This document shows positions 56,802 to 64,000 of a DNA stretch of 64,000 nucleotides, one piece after another. The stretch is taken from positions 141,089 to 205,088 of the forward strand of contig CABUFC010000002.1 of NCBI GenBank assembly GCA_902490735.1, read 5' to 3'. A model generated the notes under the pieces. It saw only the letters and a list, made by a program, of their open reading frames with translations, searched no databases and was not told the origin of the DNA. The translations under genes were made by a program, and so were the position numbers. The stretch's first letter is position 1, and each line of letters begins with the position of its first letter. The DNA comes from an uncultured Oscillospiraceae bacterium. GTDB lineage: Bacteria; Bacillota; Clostridia; Oscillospirales; Acutalibacteraceae.

Positions 56802-57146
56802 GTGGACCGAAACGATAATTCTCTTACTATTGATAATGAAGTCGTTGCAAAAATGGCGGGTATGGCCGCACTTGAAATTGACGGTGTAGCCGGCCTTGCG
56901 AAATTGCCGTCGGATGTAAAAACCATCGTAAAAACAGGTGAGTTTACCCGCTCTGTTAAGGTAGACAGCACCGACGGAACCATAAATCTTGAAGTATTTA
57001 TTAAGATTTTCAGCAACGCTAAAGCTACCGAGGTTGCCGAAGCTGTTCAGGCAAAAGTTAAAGAAGACATTCAAAATATGACAGGAAGCGCGATCACCAA
57101 GGTCGACGTTGTAATTGCAGATGTTGAATTCGTTGAAGAAGAATAA
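56802..57146 (+). CDS. Asp23/Gls24-family envelope stress protein
   Basis: 114 aa with the ...I.NEVVAKMAG.AA.E..GV... N-terminus typical of alkaline shock protein 23 family members. GTG start. Confidence 0.88.
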   Translation: MDRNDNSLTIDNEVVAKMAGMAALEIDGVAGLAKLPSDVKTIVKTGEFTRSVKVDSTDGTINLEVFIKIFSNAKATEVAEAVQAKVKEDIQNMTGSAITKVDVVIADVEFVEEE

Positions 57147-57153
57147 TTATTCA

Positions 57154-58569
57154 ATGCTTTTGGACTTGTACGAATTTACAATGTCCAACGGTATATTAAA
57201 TTCAGAAGAACGCGATAAAATTTGTTATTTTGATATGTTTTTCCGCCGCATCCCGGATGACGGCGGCTTTGCCATTATGGCAGGTCTTGAACAACTTATT
57301 GAATATTTGCAAAATCTGTCGTTCGATGATGAGGATATCGCATATCTTCGTTCTCTTAAGACGTTTTCCGAAGAGTTTTTAGACTATTTAGCAAACTTTA
57401 AGTTCCAGTGCGATGTGTGGGCTATTCCTGAAGGCACTCCTATTTTCCCGCGCGAACCGATTATTACTGTCCGCGGCCCTGCAATACAAGCATTTATAGT
57501 TGAAACAATGGTGCTTTTAACCATAAACCACCAATCGTTAATTGCAACAAAAGCCAACCGTATTGTGCGTGCCGCAAACGGCAGACCCGTTATGGAATTC
57601 GGCGCAAGACGAGCGCAGGGTACTGCCGCCGCAATATATGGTGCACGTGCCGCGATTATCGGCGGGTGTGTAGGTACTTCATGCGTACAGGCGGCGCAGA
57701 TGTTCGATGCGCTTCCCATGGGCACAATGGCGCATAGTTGGGTACAGCTTTTTAAAAGTGAATACGAGGCTTTTTGCTGTTATGCAAAACAGTATCCAAA
57801 CAACTGCTTGTTGCTGGTTGATACATATAATGTTTTAAAATCAGGCGTGCCAAACGCTATAAAAACCTTCGATAACATTTTAAAACCACAAGGCATTCGA
57901 CCTGCAGGTATTAGAATTGACAGCGGCGATATTGCATATCTTTCTTCAAAGTGCCGCAAAATGTTAGACGACGCCGGTTACAGTGATTGCAAAATATGCA
58001 TAAGCAATTCGCTGGATGAATATCTAATTCGAGATCTGTTGCTTCAGGGCGCCGCAATTGATAGTTTCGGTGTTGGCGAGCGACTTATAACGGCTTCAAG
58101 CGAAGCGGTGTTTGGCGGGGTTTATAAGCTTTGTGCAGTTGAAAACACTCAAGGTGAAATAATTCCAAAAATTAAAATCAGCGAAAACACCTCAAAAATC
58201 ACCATACCCGGGGTTAAAGATATTTACAGGCTTTATGATAATGATACAAATAAAGCATTGGCAGACGTAATTTGCTTAAAGGGCGAAGAGATAAACAGTC
58301 CATACGAATTGTTTGATCCGGAATACACATGGAAAAGAAAAACGGTAGATGATTTTTATGCGGTGCCAATAAGAAAACAAATATTTAATAAAGGAAAACT
58401 TGTTTATAATTGCCCAAAACTTGTTGAAATTGCCGAATACTGCAAAAAATCAATAGACGGTCTTTGGGACGAAGTTAAGCGTTTTGAAAAACCACACAAT
58501 TATTATGTTGACCTAAGCCAAAACCTTTGGGATTTGAGGGACAGGCTGTTAAAGGGTGATAAAAAATGA
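57154..58569 (+). CDS. pncB: nicotinate phosphoribosyltransferase
   Basis: ~471 aa from MLLDLYEFTM, the canonical NAPRTase N-terminus. The track start at 57115 would overlap asp23. Conserved MEFGARRA and GTMAHSW blocks are present. Confidence 0.9.
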   Translation: MLLDLYEFTMSNGILNSEERDKICYFDMFFRRIPDDGGFAIMAGLEQLIEYLQNLSFDDEDIAYLRSLKTFSEEFLDYLANFKFQCDVWAIPEGTPIFPREPIITVRGPAIQAFIVETMVLLTINHQSLIATKANRIVRAANGRPVMEFGARRAQGTAAAIYGARAAIIGGCVGTSCVQAAQMFDALPMGTMAHSWVQLFKSEYEAFCCYAKQYPNNCLLLVDTYNVLKSGVPNAIKTFDNILKPQGIRPAGIRIDSGDIAYLSSKCRKMLDDAGYSDCKICISNSLDEYLIRDLLLQGAAIDSFGVGERLITASSEAVFGGVYKLCAVENTQGEIIPKIKISENTSKITIPGVKDIYRLYDNDTNKALADVICLKGEEINSPYELFDPEYTWKRKTVDDFYAVPIRKQIFNKGKLVYNCPKLVEIAEYCKKSIDGLWDEVKRFEKPHNYYVDLSQNLWDLRDRLLKGDKK

Positions 58570-59129
58570 AAAAAATAATCGCTGTTTTGCTTTGTTTTAT
58601 GTTTGCCGTACTGTTTTGCGGCTGTTCAAATAAAACTAATAAACCACAGCCAAAGCTAAATACTAACGATATAGCGAGTGATCTTGCGGCTGGCAAAATA
58701 ACCGAAGCGGAATTTGCTTTAGGAACGCCTGTTGATACAGTCAAACAAAAATTTGACGAGCAAAATGAAGACGGTCTTGAAATAACACAAGAAAAAAACG
58801 GCTGTTCTACCATAACAATCGGTGAATATAATTACGTTTATTCGGAAGAAGAGCGCGCAGACGGAATAACAGCAATTTATACGTTTGATACCGCTTATGG
58901 ATTTACTGTTGGCAGTTCGTCTTCTTTTACCGATGTAGTTCCGGCTTTTGATAAGGCGTTTAATTTAACGGAGACGTCTAAAAGTGTTATACCTACGGAA
59001 GACGATGCATTCTTTGTTCCGGGCGGACTTCCAAGCGGTGCGCAGATGGTCGTTTATTCAAACGAGAAATGCACTTTAAAATGCTTTTTTATCAGCGACT
59101 TTCTATTTGCTGTGATTTTAACAAAATAA
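58566..59129 (+). CDS. hypothetical lipoprotein
   Basis: 187 aa with a signal peptide and lipobox-like LFCGC at residues 16-20. No recognisable domain. Confidence 0.55.
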   Translation: MKKIIAVLLCFMFAVLFCGCSNKTNKPQPKLNTNDIASDLAAGKITEAEFALGTPVDTVKQKFDEQNEDGLEITQEKNGCSTITIGEYNYVYSEEERADGITAIYTFDTAYGFTVGSSSSFTDVVPAFDKAFNLTETSKSVIPTEDDAFFVPGGLPSGAQMVVYSNEKCTLKCFFISDFLFAVILTK

Positions 59130-59151
59130 TAAAGAAGGGAGGATTTCACTT

Positions 59152-59916
59152 TTGCTACTTACTGTAGACATTGGAAATACCAATATTACCCTCGGTGGAT
59201 ATGTCGGCGAAAAACTTGAAGTTTCAGCTCGAATTGCTACGGACAGTCGAAAAACGAGTGATCAATATGCGGTTGAGCTTAAAAGCATTTTGGATTTAAA
59301 CGATGTGGCACAAAAGGTAAACGCTGCAATAATAAGCAGTGTTGTGCCGGAAGTTACTACATCGATAAAATTCGCCATTGAAAAGCTTTTTAATATTGAA
59401 GCTCTTGTGCTTGGCCCAGGCGTTAAAACGGGGCTTAATATTCGCATCGACAATCCGGCGCAGCTTGGAGCCGACCTTGCCGCAGGGGCAGTGGCCGCAA
59501 GCGTTAAATACGAATTGCCCGCAATAATAATTGACATGGGCACGGCTACTACAATAAGCCTTTTAAATGAAAATGGAGAATTTTTGGGCGGCGCTATCGC
59601 GGCAGGTGTGTCTTCAACACTCGAGGCGCTTACCAAAAACACAACTCTTTTGCCTTCAATAAATATTGAAACGCCCAAAAAGGTTGTGGGGACAAATACG
59701 GTTGAAAGTATGCAGTCCGGGCTTATATTCGGAACAGCATCTATGATCGACGGCATGATTGATCGCTTTAAAAAGAATTTAACAAAAGAGCCGACCGTTA
59801 TTGCGACGGGCGGCAGGGCAAAGGCCATTGTAAAAGAATGCAATCATAAAATAATTTATGACGACAATCTTTTGCTTGACGGTTTATTGTTCATTTACAA
59901 AAAAAATTTTAAATAA
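59152..59916 (+). CDS. coaX: type III pantothenate kinase
   Basis: 254 aa with VDIGNTNI, DMGTATT and ATGG motifs. TTG start after GGGAGGA. Confidence 0.92.
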   Translation: MLLTVDIGNTNITLGGYVGEKLEVSARIATDSRKTSDQYAVELKSILDLNDVAQKVNAAIISSVVPEVTTSIKFAIEKLFNIEALVLGPGVKTGLNIRIDNPAQLGADLAAGAVAASVKYELPAIIIDMGTATTISLLNENGEFLGGAIAAGVSSTLEALTKNTTLLPSINIETPKKVVGTNTVESMQSGLIFGTASMIDGMIDRFKKNLTKEPTVIATGGRAKAIVKECNHKIIYDDNLLLDGLLFIYKKNFK

Positions 59917-59964
59917 TCAAAATTTGAACTGTATCAAAAAAAGAACAGTATCGAGGTAAAAATT

Positions 59965-60534
59965 ATGAAAAACAGAAAAACTGCAGTTTTAGGTTTATTT
60001 GCGGCACTTATTGTGGTGCTTCAGTTTTTAAGCTATATGGTGTCTATAGGCGTGTTTAATATATCGCTTGTGCTGGTTCCTGTTGTTTTGGCGGCAGTTA
60101 TGTACGGCAAATGGGCAGGCGGAGCCATGGGCTTTATTTTTGGAGTTGTAGTTACCGTATGCTCGGCTATAGGGCTTGACAAAGGCGGATTTATTCTATT
60201 TTCTGCAAATCCGTTTTTAACTTCATTGATTTGTCTTTTAAAGGGCTCTGCGGCAGGCTTTGTTGCCGGCATTGTTTATAAAAGCTTAAAGGATAAAAAA
60301 CCGTATGTTGCGGTATTGTTGGCAGCCGTTGTAACACCTGTGGTTAATACCGGCATATTTATTATCGGAATGCTAACATGCTTTAGTGATATTTTGTATT
60401 CCTGGGCAGGCGGTACAAATATAGTTACTTATATTGTCGTGGGTCTTGTAGGAGTTAATTTTTTAATTGAACTTGTAGTAAATGTAATCTTATCAAGCGG
60501 CATTCATACAGTAATAAAATCTTTACAAAAATAA
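59965..60534 (+). CDS. ECF-transporter S component (substrate unknown; pantothenate is a guess from the coaX neighbourhood)
   Basis: 189 aa with six hydrophobic helices, the size and profile of ECF S components. Confidence 0.65.
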   Translation: MKNRKTAVLGLFAALIVVLQFLSYMVSIGVFNISLVLVPVVLAAVMYGKWAGGAMGFIFGVVVTVCSAIGLDKGGFILFSANPFLTSLICLLKGSAAGFVAGIVYKSLKDKKPYVAVLLAAVVTPVVNTGIFIIGMLTCFSDILYSWAGGTNIVTYIVVGLVGVNFLIELVVNVILSSGIHTVIKSLQK

Positions 60535-60567
60535 AAAAAGGACTTATCTAATGATAAGTCCTTTTAA
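60534..60567. terminator. bidirectional terminator (ECF S component / pfkA)
   Basis: Stem AAGGACTTATC / GATAAGTCCTT with a TAAT loop, flanked by A- and T-runs. Confidence 0.75.
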
Positions 60568-60568
60568 T

Positions 60569-61531
60569 TTATATCGAAATTGTGTTTGCTATTTCGTAAG
60601 TATGATATTCAAAAGGTTTTTCCATATTTAAAGCTTCAAAAATATCAAAGTTTACGATTTCATTTTTAATGCTTCCTATAACCCTGTTGCCCTGGCCGGA
60701 TAACAGCAGTTGAACGGCTTCGTATCCCATGCAGCTTGCAAGTGAACGGTCTCTTGCTGAGGGTGTTCCGCCGCGCTGAACGTGGCCGAGTATCGTGCAG
60801 CGTGCTTCAATGCCGGTTTCTTTTTGAATGGCTTTAGTAATTTCTTCCGAGTGCCCAACGCCTTCGGCTACTACTATAATATAGTGCTTTTTGCCGGTGC
60901 TTTTGGTAAATTCTATTTTATCAAGAATGTCTTTTTTAAAGTCATACGGAATTTCAGGCACTAAAATTGATGTAGCACCTACGGCAATGCCGGTGTGAAG
61001 AGCTAAATATCCGGCGTTTCTGCCCATTACTTCAACAACCGAGCAACGAAGATGGCTTTGCGTTGTATCACGCAGTTTGTCAACCATTTCAACGCAGGTG
61101 TTTATAGCCGTATCGTAACCGATTGTGTATTCTGAAGAACTAATATCATTATCAATTGTTCCGGGGATTCCTATGCAGGGAATTCCTCTTAAAGAAAGAT
61201 CGCGAGCCCCTCTGTAAGAACCGTCCCCGCCTATAACTACAATGCCTTCAATTCCGAATTCTTTGCAAGTGGCAATTGCTTTTTTCATTCCTTCTTCGGT
61301 TTTAAATTCGGGTGAACGAGACGAATATAAAATGGTTCCGCCTCTGTGAACTATATTAGAAACCGAACGAATATTTAATTCTTCGATATCGCCATCAATA
61401 AGTCCGCAATAACCTCTTTTAATACCCATAACTTTCATCCCGGAGGCAATTCCCGAACGAACAACGGCGCGAATCGCAGCGTTCATTCCCGGAGCATCTC
61501 CACCGGAGGTAAGTACACCAATAGTTTTCAT
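60569..61531 (-). CDS. pfkA: ATP-dependent 6-phosphofructokinase
   Basis: 320 aa with TSGGDAPGMNAA, GGDGS and PGTIDND motifs. Confidence 0.95.
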   Translation of the reverse strand: MKTIGVLTSGGDAPGMNAAIRAVVRSGIASGMKVMGIKRGYCGLIDGDIEELNIRSVSNIVHRGGTILYSSRSPEFKTEEGMKKAIATCKEFGIEGIVVIGGDGSYRGARDLSLRGIPCIGIPGTIDNDISSSEYTIGYDTAINTCVEMVDKLRDTTQSHLRCSVVEVMGRNAGYLALHTGIAVGATSILVPEIPYDFKKDILDKIEFTKSTGKKHYIIVVAEGVGHSEEITKAIQKETGIEARCTILGHVQRGGTPSARDRSLASCMGYEAVQLLLSGQGNRVIGSIKNEIVNFDIFEALNMEKPFEYHTYEIANTISI

Positions 61532-61612
61532 TCATTTCCACTCCAAAATATAATATATGGCGTTATGGTGCCACAACCCAAAATCCCTAGTATTATATCA
61601 TAATTAATTTTA

Positions 61613-64000
61613 TTAATCAACTGATTTTACGTTATTTTCTCCGAATTTTTCGCATAATTTTTCATATTTAGCACTGTCTTTAGGAAAATCCGCAAAGAAT
61701 TTGCATTTTAAACGCTTGCCGGTGTCTTCAAAAATGACGATAACCTCCGCTCCGAAATTCGGATTCAGCATTTTTGTTATCATCGAAAGATCCTGTTCAT
61801 TTTTATTTGGCAGTTTGATAAATAGCTTTTTGTAAGGAAGCTTTACAATTTTGGCTTCGTCTATTCGCTCACAGATTATTTCAGGCGCACGATCCTCTCT
61901 AACAGAAATTCTGCCGGTAAGCTTAATTACGGTGTTTTGCTGAAGTGTATATACATATTCGTTGTATTGTTTTGAAAAAACCGTAACCGACGCAGAGCCC
62001 GTTTTGTCCTGTACCTTTAAAAATGCGATATTGTTGCCGTTTTTAGTTATTTTCGTAGTCATTTCTTCAACTAATACTACTATGGTTACAGGATCGTTTT
62101 GCTTAAATTTTCCGGATAAAATATCGGATATTTTATCGGCGTTAATAGCTTGAATATAGCCTTCGTACTTATTTAGCGGGTGCCCGGATAAATAAAGCCC
62201 TGTTGACTCCTTTTCTAAGGAAAGTAAAATGCTTTCGTCCAGTTCGTCTACATCGGGCAGTACAAATTGGTTTTTTGCTTCTATTATGCCTTCTGAGAAA
62301 AATGATATTTGACCGGACATCTCCGCTTTTTTCTCGTCCTCGATTATGCTTAAAAGCTCTTCCGTTGATTGAAGCATTTGCCGGCGGTTAGCTAAAAGTC
62401 CGTCAAGCGCGCCGCTTTTAATAAGGCCTTCAATTGCCCGCCTGTTAAGGTCTTTGCCGTAAAGCCTTGAACAAAAGTCATAAAAAGAAGTAAACGGTGC
62501 TTTTTGGCGCTCTTTAATAATACTGTCAATAACCGCAGTACCAAGGTTTTTAATAGCTAAAAGTCCAAATCTTATACCGTCTTTAGTAACGGTAAATCCG
62601 TGGCGGCTTTCGTTTACCGAAGGTGGTAAAATATTAATGCCAAGCTTATCACAATGCGCGCTGTATGCCGCGATTTTATCTTCACTCGATAACACACTTG
62701 TAAGTAGTGCGGCCATGTATTCTTTGGTATAATGGCATTTTAAATATGCGGTTTCGTAAGCAATAAGGGAATATGCTGCAGCGTGTGATTTGTTAAACGC
62801 ATATGACGAAAAAGCCGATATTTCATCGTAAAGCTCTTCTGCATCTACTCTTTTTACACCGTTTTTTATGGCGCCTTCTATAAATGTTGCTTTTTCTTTT
62901 TGTAAAACATCATGCTTTTTTTTACTCATGGCGCGGCGGACAATGTCAGCTTTGCCAAGAGAATACCCGGCAAGACTTCTAAAAATTTGCATAACCTGTT
63001 CTTGATAAACTATGCAACCGTAAGTAACATCTAAAATCGGCTTTAATAGCGGGGATATATAGGTGATATTTTGCGGATTTTTCCTGTTTTCGATATACTT
63101 TGGTATATATTGCATAGGCCCCGGCCTATATAGAGAAATCGCGGCAATTAAATCTTCAAGACTTGTTGGCTTTAATTTTTGCATAAGATTTTTCATGCCT
63201 TCAGATTCAAACTGGAACACGCCGACGGTATCGCCGTTTGAAAGCATGTTGTATACGGCCGTATCGTCAATTGGGATTTTTTCTATATTAAACTCAGGAT
63301 TTTTTTCTTTTACCATTTTTACGGCATCGTCAATAATTGTTAAATTCCTAAGCCCCAAAAAATCCATCTTTAAAAGGCCCAGCTCTTCAAGCTCGGTCAT
63401 GGTGAACTGAGTTACTGCGGCACCGTCTCCTAAAGCTAAGGGTACGTAATTATAAACCGGCTTATCCGAAATTACTACGCCTGCCGCATGCGTGGAAGCA
63501 TGGCGCGGCATGCCTTCGATTTTTTTCGAATAATCGATCAGTTCTTTTATTTCGTTATCAACGTCGTATAAATTTTTTAGCTCCGGCTCTTCGGCTAAAG
63601 CCTTTTCAATGGTTATATTAAGCTCGTTTGGAACAAGCTTTGCCACCTTGTCGCATGTGGCATACGGCAAATCCATAACCCTGCCTACATCGCGAATAGC
63701 CGCTTTTGCCGCTAGTGTACCAAAGGTTATAATTTGGGCTACATGGTCGCTGCCGTATTTTTCCACAACATAGTTTATGACTTCATTGCGTCTTTCGTAA
63801 CAAAAATCTACGTCAAAATCCGGCATAGATACGCGTTCCGGATTTAAAAAACGCTCAAAAATCAAATTGTATTTTATAGGGTCAATACCGGTAATTCCAA
63901 TGCAGTAAGCTACAAGACTGCCTGCACCCGAGCCTCTTCCGGGACCTACCGGTATACCTTTCCTTTTTGCATAGTTGCAATAATCCTGAACTATTAAAAA
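61613..64000 (-). CDS. dnaE: DNA polymerase III alpha subunit, C-terminal ~795 codons (gene continues past the right edge)
   Basis: DnaE motifs ...GRGSGAGSLVAYCIGITGIDPIKYNLIFERFLNPERVSMPDFDVDF... are readable across 63865-64000, so the true ORF extends beyond the track's Met. HhH and OB-fold regions lie downstream. Confidence 0.95.
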   Translation of the reverse strand, partial: FLIVQDYCNYAKRKGIPVGPGRGSGAGSLVAYCIGITGIDPIKYNLIFERFLNPERVSMPDFDVDFCYERRNEVINYVVEKYGSDHVAQIITFGTLAAKAAIRDVGRVMDLPYATCDKVAKLVPNELNITIEKALAEEPELKNLYDVDNEIKELIDYSKKIEGMPRHASTHAAGVVISDKPVYNYVPLALGDGAAVTQFTMTELEELGLLKMDFLGLRNLTIIDDAVKMVKEKNPEFNIEKIPIDDTAVYNMLSNGDTVGVFQFESEGMKNLMQKLKPTSLEDLIAAISLYRPGPMQYIPKYIENRKNPQNITYISPLLKPILDVTYGCIVYQEQVMQIFRSLAGYSLGKADIVRRAMSKKKHDVLQKEKATFIEGAIKNGVKRVDAEELYDEISAFSSYAFNKSHAAAYSLIAYETAYLKCHYTKEYMAALLTSVLSSEDKIAAYSAHCDKLGINILPPSVNESRHGFTVTKDGIRFGLLAIKNLGTAVIDSIIKERQKAPFTSFYDFCSRLYGKDLNRRAIEGLIKSGALDGLLANRRQMLQSTEELLSIIEDEKKAEMSGQISFFSEGIIEAKNQFVLPDVDELDESILLSLEKESTGLYLSGHPLNKYEGYIQAINADKISDILSGKFKQNDPVTIVVLVEEMTTKITKNGNNIAFLKVQDKTGSASVTVFSKQYNEYVYTLQQNTVIKLTGRISVREDRAPEIICERIDEAKIVKLPYKKLFIKLPNKNEQDLSMITKMLNPNFGAEVIVIFEDTGKRLKCKFFADFPKDSAKYEKLCEKFGENNVKSVD

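Noticed and set aside
1-64000. Looked for CRISPR arrays, tRNA or rRNA genes, IS elements, integrases and prophage or defence-system genes
   Set aside because: No periodic repeat-spacer pattern, no cloverleaf-like GC-rich 75-nt islands in the spacers, and no ORF with transposase, recombinase, nuclease or defence-type motifs were seen. Apart from the 29.1-31.1 kb islet, the window reads as core chromosome.

Overview
This is a 64 kb chromosomal window from a low-GC, spore-forming Firmicute (class Clostridia). A dockerin-bearing surface protein, a GTP-type PEPCK and an rnfCDGEAB operon suggest a Ruminococcus-like organism; that placement is inference only. Coding density is high and most of the window is core housekeeping. 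It contains pckG, gpsA-plsY-der, rpmF and rpmB, mreBCD-mrdA, glyA, murD and nadE. It also contains metF with a split metH, a GldAFG-like ABC operon, rnfCDGEAB and a MoxR-DUF58-transglutaminase triad. The remaining core genes are bioY, pdp, spoIIIAA-AH, asp23, pncB, coaX, pfkA and the 3' part of dnaE. I found no rRNA, tRNA, CRISPR array, transposase or integrase. The clearest anomaly is a ~1.9 kb islet (about 29.14-31.09 kb) of visibly higher G+C, lying between metF and a truncated-type guaA. It carries a translationally coupled AbrB/SpoVT-type regulator gene and a membrane-anchored MGT-family (GT1) glycosyltransferase gene. It is bracketed by two 30-nt direct repeats (25/30 identical, 1841 bp apart), each built from three GTTATCA half-sites. 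Secondary points of interest: (1) a DRTGG / RsbW-like kinase / [FeFe]-hydrogenase-like putative redox-sensing operon. (2) An HPr-like protein without His15 plus a COG2509-type flavoprotein at the head of the rnf operon. (3) A GC-rich structured intergenic segment upstream of moxR. (4) A stand-alone GMP synthase ATP-pyrophosphatase subunit. (5) A transglutaminase-like protein whose nucleophile position reads Ser. All calls rest on reading the supplied translations and the DNA by eye; no database search was run.
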